Source: Girardia tigrina
Taxonomy: Eukaryota
Direction of reading: 5' to 3'
Assembly (NCBI GenBank): GCA_001938485.1
Contig: MQRK01180641.1
Span: forward strand, 9,387-65,063
DNA length: 55,677 nucleotides
The notes below the pieces were generated by a model that was not told the DNA's origin, searched no databases, and saw nothing but the letters and a program-made list of their open reading frames with translations. Positions 1 through 11,800 of the stretch are shown in pieces (position 1 is the stretch's first letter; the number at the start of each line of letters is the position of its first letter). The position numbers and the translations under genes were made by a program.

Positions 1-212
1 CATATCGCAGACATTCGACCTAGACAGCCTGACTTGGTTGAAAATTCCAAGTCATATTATATGGATATGGAGGAAACTGCATCACTACCAGACAATCAGA
101 CACCAGAGGAACAATCATTAAACTGTAGGCCTAGTAGAGAAAGACGAAGACCGCCTTATCTAAATGATTACATTGTGGATTCAGATTCTTCTGTGGACGA
201 ATATGGTGGGAG
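1..212 (+). mobile_element. 3' end of Gypsy-type pol (integrase tail) with polypurine tract
   Basis: Frame reads ...RPSRERRRPPYLNDY..., a typical Gypsy pol C-terminal motif. Purine-rich GGTGGGAG lies directly before TGTTGG. Confidence 0.6.
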
Positions 213-331
213 TGTTGGATATTAGATATTTTAATTATTTGAAATATTTAATATTTACTTTTTTGATAAATATTTTGTTTAAATATTATCAATTAAACAG
301 TGTTTCGAAAATAAACTTTTCGCGTGTTACA
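213..331 (+). mobile_element. Short putative 3' LTR (~119 bp)
   Basis: Starts TGTTGG after the PPT, contains AATAAA near its end and finishes TGTTACA. Confidence 0.5.
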
Positions 332-1307
332 AAAACTTTAATCAAAGTTTTCAAATTCCCTTAAGATAAAAACTGAGTCAAATATTGATTCCGAAATTGT
401 TCGATATAATTCATTTTAGAATTTAAATAAATTATTTTTCTTCAAATTTCTTTCGGATAAAATTAGATAGAAAAAAAATCAGAATTTCAATTTACACCAT
501 TTTGATGGTTAAAGATCATGAAAATTACGAAGAATTAGTTGTCCGAATTCCAAAGATTCTTTTACACAGTTTGATTCAATAACAATTTGTGAAATAAATT
601 TCAAAAACTCAGTTTCTGTGGAAATTCTGTTTTTCACTTAAATTAGAACATAAAAACAGCAATATTGATTGTTAAAATTCAAATGCAAAATCTTATTATT
701 GCACAATTTTCTTAGATTTCTTCTTAATAAATTCAAATTACAATCGGAATGTAAAAGGATGAACATGATATGAAAACGAATATTTTCAATGCAATTATAA
801 TTATCAAGGCCAATGTTTCATCGAATGACGTTATTAATTCGTAATTGATCTCCACTTTCGTAATTTTTCTTTTAAATTTGAAGATAAATCAACGAAATTC
901 TTGATGGCATTTTTCATTTTTTATAACATTATTTTGATTCATTTTAAAACATTCGAAAACAGATTCCATGTCACCAAACTCCTCTCCTCCTCCATGGTGA
1001 TTTAGTATTTAAAATTTATCGCAAAACATCCTCCCCCCTTCTGATCATTAATGATTAGAACAATCACTCATACTTCCAAAAATAACGAGCAAACATTCAT
1101 TCACATCATTCTTTTAAAGTTTTCCCATCATCATTCCTTCTTTTCAATCATACACTTTCTTTAATCCATATTTAACAGTGTCAATAAATTCACATACTTT
1201 CCATAAAGTTACAATTAAATCTTTTTTTCAGTCTGATAAAATTCAGATAATCAAATAACATTCACATAAAAATAAACAAGCAAACATACATTCTTTTTGT
1301 TTAAGCA

Positions 1308-1460
1308 TCATTCGCAGGATTCTAAAGGATACATTCGTCCCACAGAGCGGAGCACCTCCCCTTTCGTTTTCATCAATACTACTCCATTTCTCCCGTCAAA
1401 TTCAGGCAACAATTTAACGGCACGTCCAGACCGATTTTCAAATTTGAACCGAACCTTCTT
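1308..1460 (-). pseudogene. BEL/Pao pol C-terminal (DUF5641-like) fragment
   Basis: My translation GRAVKLLPEFDGRNGVVLMKTKGEVLRSVGRMYPLES fits the GRIxxLxPGxDGxVRVVxxKT...R.V.RLYPLE pattern. Not in the ORF track. Confidence 0.6.
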
Positions 1461-2022
1461 TCATTTCGTCATCTTACTGTTATTACAATTTTTTCCAATG
1501 CGAATCTCCGAACTGTATTACAATCATATATTCAAAACACAATTCACACTTTTCTTAATTCATCATTCCCGATCTCATCAAACAATCAACAAACAAACAA
1601 TACCTTTCATGTAATTTCCATTTTTAATAAGACATTTCTATTCACTTTTACCCAATAATGATTTCATTAAAATGATCCTTTTTTACAATTACCAAATTTA
1701 AATCACACAACTTCCATAAGGATTGTTGTATCTCCGCAGAGGTTCTTAATTTTTTAAATTGTATATTTTGAGAAATGTGATCAAAAGATTTCAAAAATAT
1801 ATCAAACAGGAATTTCATATCTTTATTTGTTTTCACTTTAATATTGGTCATTCGTTTGATACAATCGTTCAGATGTATTCCGTTATGCATTGGAACAAAT
1901 GTTGTAAAACTGTAACTTGAATTTATTATTATTAGGCTCCATTCATTCCTTCGTCTTACTCGGGGCTTAAAATTCGTCAGAAAAGGTGCGCTCGTCAGAA
2001 TCAGCCCACTGCACTGATATTC

Positions 2023-2400
2023 CTGTTGTATAAGTTTTATTACGTCACTTTCAGCAAAGGGAAGTTCATTTGTCGATTCAGCGCTAAAGTCATATAATGC
2101 TCGACATGTTGGAACAGAAGACGAAGAATCGTATCCTTTTTTAAAAACATATGGCTGATTTTGATCATAAGATGCACTTCCAGGCTGACTTTGCAAACTA
2201 GTACTATCGTCACTATTCCATGTTTTAGTTTTAGTATAAATTGTTGAACTTTTAGAACTCGTAGCTGATTTATTTGAATTTGCTACATCTCGGTTTTTTA
2301 GTAAATTTGAAAATAGAGATTCAAAAATATCAGCGGTGTTATGGTGATAATCTCTTTCAGCTATAATGAATGAAGCGATTATACTTCACCTTCAGAATCA
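2023..2400 (-). pseudogene. Endophilin-A-like fragment (end of BAR domain, linker, first half of SH3), intronless
   Basis: IASFIIAERDYHHNTADIFESL resembles the last BAR helix. PTCRALYDFSAESTNELPFAESDVIKLIQQ is an SH3 start that breaks off before the WxEG motif and continues into unrelated sequence (ORF 1648-2196). Confidence 0.7.
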
Positions 2401-2780
2401 ATTGGCATTAAATCATTCTCTTTATAATGACGATCGCCCTTCAACACGAACTGATTCCGTCGTAATTTCCCGGTATCGCCGTCATTGAATACAACATGAT
2501 AAATACTGTTATCGATGACTTTTAGAGTCATTCCATTGTTTATTCCTTGGGGTAATTTCACTTGGACTTCGTTATTTACTGACACACTGCCAATTACATC
2601 TTCAGCGTTGACTTTTACGGTTTTTTTATTATCGGTTAATTGAATTCGGCAAAGAATAATTCGCTCGACTTTATTCACCAAAGCTTCACAAAATGCACCC
2701 TTAAATTTGGCATTTACTGCTGTTCCCATCAGAATACATAATTTAATCAGTGAATCTTCATTATTTAACTCCGTCGTCAT
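2379..2780 (-). CDS. ARID4A/B (RBBP1)-like N-terminal Tudor domain fragment, intronless, 133 aa
   Basis: MGTAVNAKFKGAFCEA...IDNSIYHVVFNDGDTGKLRRNQFVLKGDRHY aligns by eye with ARID4 VGTDVSAKYRGAFCEA...[31 protein letters not shown]. ATG at 2780; the frame stops right after the domain. Confidence 0.8.
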   Translation of the reverse strand: MTTELNNEDSLIKLCILMGTAVNAKFKGAFCEALVNKVERIILCRIQLTDNKKTVKVNAEDVIGSVSVNNEVQVKLPQGINNGMTLKVIDNSIYHVVFNDGDTGKLRRNQFVLKGDRHYKENDLMPIDSEGEV

Positions 2781-2866
2781 ATTCACAGCCCCCGAACTCA
2801 AAATCTTTATTTCAATTTGAACAGTAAGTTTTTATTTCAAAATCTTTATTTGACAAAAAACAGAAA

Positions 2867-3038
2867 AGTGATTTATTTTCACATTTAATCACCAATTCAA
2901 AACACACAATTAACTCACTTATTTCATTGGCTCAAAAATCTCACTCAGAATACACAAACACATGAAACACATATTAATGCACACATACACACACTGGCTG
3001 TTGCCAAACTGCTCTATCTACAACACACATGCATCACA
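2867..3038 (-). repeat. ~172-bp GT-rich block homologous to 54929-55102 (LTR- or promoter-like)
   Basis: Starts TGTGATGCATG vs TGTGGTGCATG; shared GCCAGT.TGTGT core; ends AAATGTGAAAATAAATCAC vs AAATGTGAATATAATTCAC. Confidence 0.55.
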
Positions 3039-3457
3039 AACAGAGGCAGAAAGTAGTGAACAAAACAAAAAAAATGAGGCTCACTATTCCCTTGTTTAAA
3101 TAATACATTTTCCATAAAGCGTCACAATTTGGTATTTAATTGGACGAGTTTCAATTGACGATTTTCTGTGTCGATTGAATGGAAAATATGTGAGTTTAAA
3201 AATCCCATTGAATACCAAACAAACAATTATCGATTTTCAATATCTGTCTTGAAGTTTCTTTCGAGTATTTTCTACAACCATCAAAACATAAAAAAAAATC
3301 GACCAATTTCTTTGAGAATTGTAAAAATAAGGAATTCGCTAACTTATCAAATTCTTTATTTTTACAATGAATAAAATTAATTGACAACGACGAAACTAGT
3401 TTAATTCAAAACAAATAGATGTATTGGGTCAAACTAGTTGAGCACGGAAGTTGGTAA

Positions 3458-3564
3458 ATATAAATCACAGCAAAAAAATGATAATCAAAATATGTCTGAC
3501 TTCGATAAAATATAAATCACAGCAAGAAAATGATGATCAAAATATGTCTGACTACGATAAAATA
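3458..3564 (+). repeat. Tandem duplication, 2 x ~52 bp
   Basis: ATATAAATCACAGCAARAAAATGATRATCAAAATATGTCTGACTWCGATAAAATA occurs twice. Confidence 0.85.
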
Positions 3565-4076
3565 AGAGAAAACAAAATAAACAAAACCTTTTTTCTCGAA
3601 CAAATTTTATTGTGACGCAAACGATATAAAATAACATGAAATAGAACGTCTGTTAATTCTTGATATCAAATTGTTTCCAACGCGATAACTCATCCAATTT
3701 TTTGTAGTTTCCCTTTTCATTTTAGTCGGAATAAACAACCGGTTAACAAATTTTTCTTTTTTTTAATATCTTCGCCGGTTGAAACTAGATTTGATATTTG
3801 ATATAAATTCATCGAATATTAATATTGATCTCAGAAAAAAAATCAATATTAATATCAATAACAATATTAATATTACTGCCAAAATTAATGGCAATCGAAA
3901 ATTAAAATTGGAAAAAAATGAGGATTATGTCTCAAAGAAAAATAATAAATAAATAAAATAATAAATAAAATAANNNNNNNNNNNNNNNNNNNNNNNNNNN
4001 NNNNNNNNNNNNNNNNNNNNNNNAAATAAAACACCAACACAACAAATCACCGGTTTTCACCACGAAATAAGTGATA

Positions 4077-4252
4077 AAATAAAAAATAAAAAAAATACAG
4101 AGCAAATAAATACACTCTAGGTCAAATAAATAAGAATCACATACAACAGAAAAAAAATATTCTCAATTCTTTGAACTAAATAAAAAATAAAAAAATACAG
4201 AGCAAATAAATACACTCTAGGTCAAATAAATAAGAATCACATGCAACAGAAA
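4077..4252 (+). repeat. Direct duplication of ~75 bp, ~100-bp period
   Basis: AAAATACAGAGCAAATAAATACACTCTAGGTCAAATAAATAAGAATCACAT occurs twice. Confidence 0.85.
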
Positions 4253-4435
4253 CACAATAAATGGTTTATACAAGAATAAATCGATTTCCTGCCTCATAAT
4301 TGTGTTAGCGCTCATTGACACTCATTCGTGCATATCTATCGGCCAGAAAATCTTTCTCGAAACGAAAACGGATTCATATTTGACTCAACTATACACATCA
4401 TCACCAAACCATATGAACGTGATGATTTCAACATA

Positions 4436-4444
<9 letters not shown>

Positions 4445-4509
<65 letters not shown>

Positions 4510-4520
4510 CTTATATATAT
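4445..4520. repeat. (TA)n microsatellite (others at ~17042, 34806, 40911, 41408, 42866, 46000)
   Basis: Direct inspection; several flank assembly gaps. Confidence 0.95.
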
Positions 4521-4799
4521 TTTATTTAATCTAATTAATTTAAATTTTATTTAAATGATTTAATTTTACTTTTATTTATTTTAATTATTTAATTTTATTT
4601 TAACTAGCTCAATTAATTATTTTAATTAAATTATTTTATTTTTAACAAATGGGCTCAAAAAATAAGTAAAAATGGAATCGCAACGCGACCAAGGATACAA
4701 TTAAAACATTTTACAATCTGGTAACATTCAAACAATCAATTAAAGAAAACTAAGCAAACAAACAAAAACTGTTCTCTGTAACATCATCTTGTAAATTTT

Positions 4800-5763
4800 C
4801 GTTTTCTTGTATTACCCCTTTCTTTAATGACTGCACGGAAACAAGTCCCAATTCAGCGTCGGCGTCTTTACATTTCTCCAATACTTTTACTTTTGCATTT
4901 GCTTATTTCAGTGGAGTAAATGTTTCTTCTTTTCTTTTGTTAAACATATTTGGATCCAATTATTTTGAATCAATTACTTAATTTTCTGTAATGACTTCTT
5001 TATCCAACGTATTAATTGTTCCAATGATTTCTTTGAGATTTTTAGAATTTTCATCCTGATCTGCTTCAACACTCTTCGAGTATTCTAGAGAACTTAAATT
5101 TTTACTTAATTCAAATTCAATCACCAATTTATCTTTAATTACATCATTCCAGTTCATTTTTTCGTTTCGTGGAGAACCATACTTGAAAGTTTGAGAATTA
5201 ATAACAATCAAAATTTTTATTCAATGAATCGTTGATATTTGAAATTTTCATTTCTTCTTCTTTCCTCAAATTAACATTATATAAGATTTTTCGATTTTTC
5301 GGCTTTCGATTCACATTGAATAACCTCACCAATATCAACGATTTCCCCCAGGTTCTCGACTTACAAACCAATGAAAACTTTAAACCAATGTTTCACAGTG
5401 TCATGACAAACATGAATTCTTTCATCTCATCAATTAAACATTTAACCTTTTTCATTTTTTCCTTCAAAACATTTCTTTGTATTTCCTCTTCTTTCGTTTT
5501 ATCTGTATCACGAAGTTTCGCAATAGTTTCATCAACAATATCAAATCTTTTACTTTTTCCTTTGAATACACGTTTTAATGAATCTTTAAAATTGTCAATG
5601 CTGAACCAATCTTCATTATCACTTTTTTTCAGATTCGATAGATATAATGTGAAAACTTCCAAAAATTCATTTAAATCCTTTATCAATTTTTCAAAATCCA
5701 AATTTTCACAATATATCTATTAGAGGTTCTTGGAAAATCGTCAGAATTATTAGTATCAGACAT
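4800..5763 (-). pseudogene. Disrupted ORF of unknown, charged helical protein (possibly TE-derived)
   Basis: ATG at 5763; ORF pieces 5393-5701 and 4978-5211 joined across frameshifts and stops; no motif recognised. Confidence 0.35.
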
Positions 5764-6149
5764 TAAAACTTTTATTATACCACAAAAAATGTTTAAATCT
5801 AATATTTAAACAAATTAATTTTTTTTGAGAAACTATTTGTTTCATAAATCTTAAACCGATATAGATAAAAATACATATAAATATTCATATTTGCTTTTTT
5901 TATTACTTCTATAATTACGATAACACTTTAAAATATTTAATCGTTTCCTTTAATTTTATTACTTTTTTAAAATCGTTTCACATAAAAATTATACACTTTT
6001 TTTACTTTTTATATTATATTAAAACTCACAAAAATTTTTATTTGCAATTTAATTGATCTTAATTTTAGTAATTTTATTTTTCGAATGTTACATATTTAAT
6101 TATATAACAATTTTAATTTGTACATATTTAATATATCTTTCTTTCAAAA

Positions 6150-6601
6150 ATTTTCCTAACATTTTTAATTCCTAACAATATCATTTCTTGAATTTTATAA
6201 TCTTTATCATATTCTTTTAATTTTACTAATGCATCTTTGAATAATAATTTTCCATTTGAGGCATCATTTATTGATAGGTTTTCTATATCAACTTATTTAA
6301 TTACAATCATATCATCTTTTCTATCAATTATGTGTCCCAAAAGTACATAACCCAAAAAGAATACTATCAATTTTCTCGTTAATTCTCTCTTCATTTCTCC
6401 AGCATTAACGCTATTTGAAAGCCTTTCATTTTCATCATTGGTTTCAATGCTTTTATCTTGATTGTGATCTTCCTCATTTTCTAAATCAACGTCGATATCG
6501 ATATAATTTTCAATTTTAGCTTCATCAAGACCCTTCAAATGTTCCGAAAAATTAAAATTTTCATTTGATTTATATGCAATTCTCAAATTATCTTTAGTCA
6601 T
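6150..6601 (-). mobile_element. Possible pogo/Tigger transposase C-terminal remnant
   Basis: IENYIDIDVDL, an acidic stretch and FKDALVKLKEY resemble the Tigger/CENP-B-like C-terminus. Confidence 0.3.
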
Positions 6602-6659
6602 ATTTTCAATTTAGTAGGTTAAAAAGGTATGTTCTCCCTCACCCCTCCCCGGGTGCGGG

Positions 6660-6725
6660 TGGGGGTAGCCCGTTGCCATGGCAATTGTAACCATGGCAAC
6701 GGTCGTGATTACCATACCAACGGAC
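6660..6725 (+). repeat. Short copy of the X-box repeat found at 53165-53550 (inverted orientation)
   Basis: CCCGTTGCCATGGCAA...GCAACGGTCGTGATTACCAT matches the reverse complement of 53480-53535. Confidence 0.7.
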
Positions 6726-6744
6726 TTGGTCAACCACAACTGAC

Positions 6745-7210
6745 ACAAGTGATGGCTTTCACCGCGTCAAGCAACGCCGTCAGTTCCAAAACAAGATCGA
6801 GTTGGCTGGAAAATCATGTTGCGCGTCTGGTGGAACTTTGAGGGAGTGGTGCACTTTACGTTAATTCAGAAAGGCTAGGCCATCAATGCAGACAACAACT
6901 GGACCGTATCTATGAGAAGCTCAAGGAGAAGTACCCTGTCTTAATCAACCAAAAACGCAGACTGCTTCAGCAAGACAATGCCAAGCCGCATAATTCCAAG
7001 AAGACCACGGGCAGGTTCCAAGAGTTGGATGGAGTCGAAATCCTGCTGCATCCTGCTTACAGCCCTGATTGCACTCCATCCGACTATGGCCTCTTCTGAT
7101 CTATGCAACACTTCTTGAAAGGCCACCGATTCGAAGCATTTGATGAATTTGAACAAGTATGTCAAGAGTTCTTCAATTCGAAGCAGCCGGAATGGTACTT
7201 TGATCAGATG
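6745..7210 (+). mobile_element. mariner (DD34D) transposase fragment
   Basis: KIMLRVWWNFEGVVHF...LLQQDNAKPH...LLHPAYSPDCTPSDYGLF*SMQHFLKGHRF; stops and indels present. Confidence 0.9.
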
Positions 7211-7239
7211 TCTCCTTTGTGTATACAATAAATGAAATG

Positions 7240-8230
7240 ATTCAAGTAATCCTAAGTTCTTCAAAAATGCACAGTAGATCGTTTTTGTCTCTTATGAGTT
7301 GTGTCATCTGCGTGCACCAAACTTCATATATAGTCACCCCCCATGGCTTCGTCCCAACGTCCTTGATATGGCATCTCCATTACCGTAATGTCCTGGTGGA
7401 ACCTCTTACCGTGCTCTTCGCTAACATCTCTGAGATTTGGTCTAAAGAATTCCAGATGAGAGAGCAGATAAAGCAGCTTTGTTGACATTCTACAACCCAA
7501 ATCTTGGTAGCTGTTGAGTAATTCTTCAATCAGTTCCTTATAATTATCCACTCTGTTGTTGCCAAGAAAATTAGAAACTACATGCTTGAAAGCAGTCAGG
7601 CTCTCTTTTCTTTTTCTTTCATTTTATTCTCTGTACTTTCTGATTCGAACACCTGTCTCACTTGTGGTCTAACAAACACATCTCTGAAACTTTACATTCT
7701 AATAGCTTTGGAAACAATGACCTTATCTCTTTAAGGGTTTCCCCACAAGGATCTAGGGCTGTTACAAATTGTTTAATCAATCCCAGTTCTAAATGCAGTG
7801 GAGGTAGAAGAATTTTTTCAGCAGAAACAAGAGCAACATTTTTCACGCTGTATACACCTAGTTGCAAGTCACTTCATTCAGACCTTTCTCTTCAGACATA
7901 ATGATTTGCTCTGTCTCTGCTACGCCATTAACAAAGAAAACAAGGGAACTTTGTGGATCCACCTTGCAATCCAAGAAGAAAACCAATCGTCTTGAAATCT
8001 CTAGAAACATCTCATTTGTATCTATCCTAGTTGATCTTCTGCAGCAAAGTTCCAACATTCCTATAGTCCTCCTTCAAGTGGACACTGTGACCGATTTGTA
8101 CAGAAGGATTCTGATTGCCATTGTGGAGTTAAACTACTTTTAAACTTCTAGTAGAGCTGTCAATAAATAGTCGCTATTGATCTGGTCGATGTGTGACACT
8201 AATTTCTTCAAACAGTCCCATCACGCCTGA
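7240..8230 (-). mobile_element. Chapaev3-type (CMC) DNA transposase remnant
   Basis: ILLPPLHLELGLIKQFVTAL and GCRMSTKLLYLLSHLEFF..NL.DVSEEHGKRFHQDI..ME..YQGRWD are the hallmark motifs of this family; frameshifted. Confidence 0.8.
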
Positions 8231-8287
8231 ACAAAAGTATAGTATGGTATTTAAAGCATGGTATTTAAGATATTTGTAAAAGTATTA

Positions 8288-8497
8288 CCCTATTTTTAAG
8301 TGTATAAGATCCCCCTTATTTTTGGGTGTACATTTTTGGAAAAAGTTCAAAAAAGTACCTTAATTCATTCCAGAAAATAAATCGAAATCTTTTGTGTTGG
8401 AAAAATATTTCAAATATTTACTTATTTTGGAAAATTCACGTTAAATGTTCATTAAATTTTGATAAAAAAAGGGGGTCTTATACACGGAAAAATACGG
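8288..8497. mobile_element. Tc2/pogo-type MITE, 210 bp
   Basis: Imperfect TIRs CCCTATTTTTAAGTGTATAAGATCCCC and GGGGGTCTTATACACGGAAAAATACGG, flanked by TA on both sides. Confidence 0.8.
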
Positions 8498-9410
8498 TAA
8501 TTAAGTAATATTTTGTTGAATCACTGTTTTTATTACAATCTTTAAAATAAATCATTGTTTTAATTTATCTTAATTATTTATATTGTACGTGATTGTATTT
8601 TTAAAGATGTAACTCGCGAAAAACTAATAAAAGTTTATTTTATAAAATTTATAAAAGTTGTCTTTATAGGACGACTTGTAAACTAAAGACGTCTCCCGTA
8701 TGACATATTCATTTAAATGAAGCCTTTAAAAGTTAAAAAGGATCCCCATCTCTATTATATTATTTGATTTGATTGCATAAAAGTGTTTGGAAAATTGGTT
8801 GCAAAAATAGAAAAATATATCAAAGAACCCTATATTTGTATTGCTAATAATTAATCAAAAACTAAAACAGTTTTAAGATATAATTTTAAAATATTTAAAT
8901 CTATCAAATTTCTCAACGAATACGAATTCAAATAACATTTCTATTAAATCTCATAATCTTTTTTAATTGAGGGTTATCAAATATTTCTAAGATAACATGT
9001 AATATTGAAAAAGTCTAAATATTTCCTTCATATTGAAAATCTGTCTTTTTGAGTAGGAATCCTTCTCAATATCTTTCAGTATTTCTTCTCTCACTACTTC
9101 CACAATAACTCATAAGTTATAAGATCAAAACAAATTAGTTTTGTCGTAGTTATTTATTTTTTCTACCAAGCAATATTTCTTGTTTTGTATCCAAACACAT
9201 CCTTCTTTTCTCTGAGATGAACATTTTGGACTTTAACAAAGAGTATTATTATTATTTTTATAATTTATCATACCAAATATTTTAGAAGATAAATGCAAAA
9301 TCCTTTTCGATAGTAATTCTCTAAAATATCTGAAAAATTATAATTTAAAAAAAAGTAATATTTAATCTTTTTTGTTAAATACACGACAACTTTACATAAA
9401 GATATATATA

Positions 9411-10145
9411 CCCTGCCCTACCAAAAGTCTTTAGCCAGAAGCATATTTGACTCTTTTCTGTTGTATTATGAGTTTATTGAGAAAGTCATCTAAAATTAGA
9501 GAATTATAAGGCTGTCATACTATCAGATATTGAAATTATAAAGTTTATACTGTTGCTGGCCTTTCTATTGGTTGCCTATAAATAGATTTCTTAGAAGTTA
9601 TATTGCATGAAGCGTTTTTCCTTGTCACTATTATTCACTATATTGCTAAGCATGACATTACGAAAGGAGCTTTCCGACTTTGAGAATGGTGCCATCTATG
9701 GCTACCATCTGTGCAACAAATCACAGAGTGAAATTGCATAGTTAACTGATCACCCCAAATCAACAATCGATTCATTTCTCCGAAAGTATCGCAGCACGTA
9801 CAGTCATGTGAACAAAGAGCGATCTGACCGACCGAAATTTTTTGGCAATCGTGACCAACGACAGCTTGTTCGACTTGTGAAGCAGAAGCGGCGTATGCCC
9901 TGGGCGCAGATCACTGCTGAGTACAATGCAGGCCACACATAGGCAAACATGTCTACAGTTCGCCGAAATCTGCATTCCTTGGGTTTCTAAGGGAGAGTAT
10001 GTTCGAGAAAACCATTTATTTCAAAAGTCATTCACATGCGGCGTCTTCGTTGGTGCAATGCCAGACGTATCTCTGCTGATTAGCAAAAAATTATATTGAG
10101 CAATGAGTCCAGTTTTACGCTCTTCCATTCCGATGGACGACAATT
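9411..10145 (+). mobile_element. Tc1 element 5' half (TIR plus HTH region and first catalytic D)
   Basis: TA|CCCTGCCCTACCAAAAGT TIR; from ATG 9652 MTLRKELSDFENGAIYG...RSDRPK...STVRRNL...RKPFIS...ILSNESSF with stops. Truncated by the BEL remnant. Confidence 0.85.
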
Positions 10146-11800
10146 TGGACGATCCATTTGTGGAATTCCGTTCAACATTTACTCTATCAGCTTTTACTAA
10201 TTTGGTACCATTCAAAACTCGAATTTTCATTTCTTGGGTTTCTCCGACTAAACCCAACTTGTCAGCCACATTTTCATTAATGAAGGAATTTGTGCTAACG
10301 TCATCAAGTAACAGGTTCACTCTGAGTCGATTTCCTTTAATCATAAGATAAACCGGAATGGTTCTCAAAGACACACAGAATTCATTTTCCTTTATGAGAT
10401 CAGTGACAAATGTCCCACCACTCGGAGTCTGATTAAACTCTCCTTCTGGTGTTTTGCCTTTTCGCTCTTCTTTACCTTCCGTGTATTTATTTTGATCAGA
10501 GCTTAAAACATTCTTTTTCGAGTGTAGGTTTCTACAGTTGGTCCCAAATCTACAATTGCCGGATTCGAAATATTTGTATTTGCTTGGACTTTCTTCCTTT
10601 GTGAAATCGTATATTTATGCACGAATTTCCTCTTTTACAAATTCCTTTTTGAAAATCCCAACATAATGTCCTTCCCAATTCTCTTTCTGATTGAGCTGCC
10701 CTTTTTTCTTTCTTTTGAAAAAAAGCTTTTCCACTACATATTTCTCGAATATCTTTCTTTCACTCTTCAGGATTAAATATGACTATACTATGAATGGCTT
10801 CCGCAGCGGTCTGCTTTATTTCTACCTCGTTTATCAGCCAATTCTAAAACTAAAAGATTCTGAGGTTTTTCTTCTGAAAGGCGAGTTCTCTCCCAATGCT
10901 TGACTAAAACTTCCGGTAACTTTGCCAACAAAGTAATGTATAGTAATCCTCCTGCAATCTCCACTTCCTTGTTATTGTTCTCTGATCTAAAAATGATAGC
11001 TTCAGCAATCTTACGAAACATTCCAGGTCCTTTAAATTGTTTACCCTCACTGGAAAGAACCCATTTATTTCTCTCATTAAATTGGCGTATTACCTCTTTA
11101 GCATCTCCATATAGTTTGTCCAATTCGATCAATATCGTTTTGTAGAATTCTTGAGTTATGTCTATATTTTTGATCAATGTCTTTGGTTCGCCAATAAGGC
11201 ATTGATTCAACATTATTTGTTTCGCAATATCTGAAATCTTTGAGGAATTGACACATGCTTCGAATGTTTGCTTCCATTTTTCACACTCACCCACATTTCC
11301 AGAAAATTTGGGTAAGGTGACCGTTTGGAATTTTATGAGAATTTTATCTTCCACCACCTGAACTCGTTCCTCCTCTTTGATCTGTTTATGATTGATGTTG
11401 AATCTCTGCTTTGCAGCTGCCAGCACCTCTTGGTTTTGATCTTCTAATTTTGTCAACTCCTTGTCGATTACTGAGCTGTACTCCTTTTTTTAACCGTTTG
11501 GCATTAATTGCCATTGATTCGAAATCCTTCAGCACTTTAACATAGCTTTTTTTGTACAAAACCATCGTTCTATTGAGTTCTTTATTTGATATTTCCGCAT
11601 TACCGAGCTAGCTTCTTAATAGTAATAATTTATCTTTTGAACTCCTTCGGCAAAGCATTTTTCAATCTAATTCATCTTCATCCATTTCCATGCCTCATTT
11701 CAGGCCAAGCAGAAGACGAAGTGTAGCATTCTTAGCTATATCACTCTCATTTATTGTTTTTTGATCTTCTAAGAGTAATCCATCAAACCATAATTGCTAA
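10146..11800 (-). mobile_element. BEL/Pao gag (DUF1759-like) and aspartic protease remnant
   Basis: TLPKFSGNVGECEKWKQTFE...QCLIGEP...LDKLYG (gag) and LRTIPV...NLLLDDVSTNSFINE (protease). Confidence 0.85.

Larger units (their letters stand above)
1029..4691 (-). mobile_element. Putative non-autonomous retroelement carrying captured host-gene fragments (copy 1)
   Basis: Read on minus: TGGTCGCGTTGCGATTCC end motif, (TA)n leader, GT-rich block 2867-3038, chimeric ORFs, then a purine tract at ~1029-1043 followed by TG. The leader and GT block are homologous to 54442-55102. Confidence 0.5.

Noticed and set aside
4302-4534. ORFs with YIYIYI runs (also 41311-41559; 17751-18089 crosses Ns)
   Set aside because: Artefacts of (TA)n microsatellites and assembly gaps.
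5232-5723. 163-aa plus-strand ORF (likewise 6941-7264 and 44913-45239)
   Set aside because: Antisense shadows of coding or transposase sequence on the other strand.
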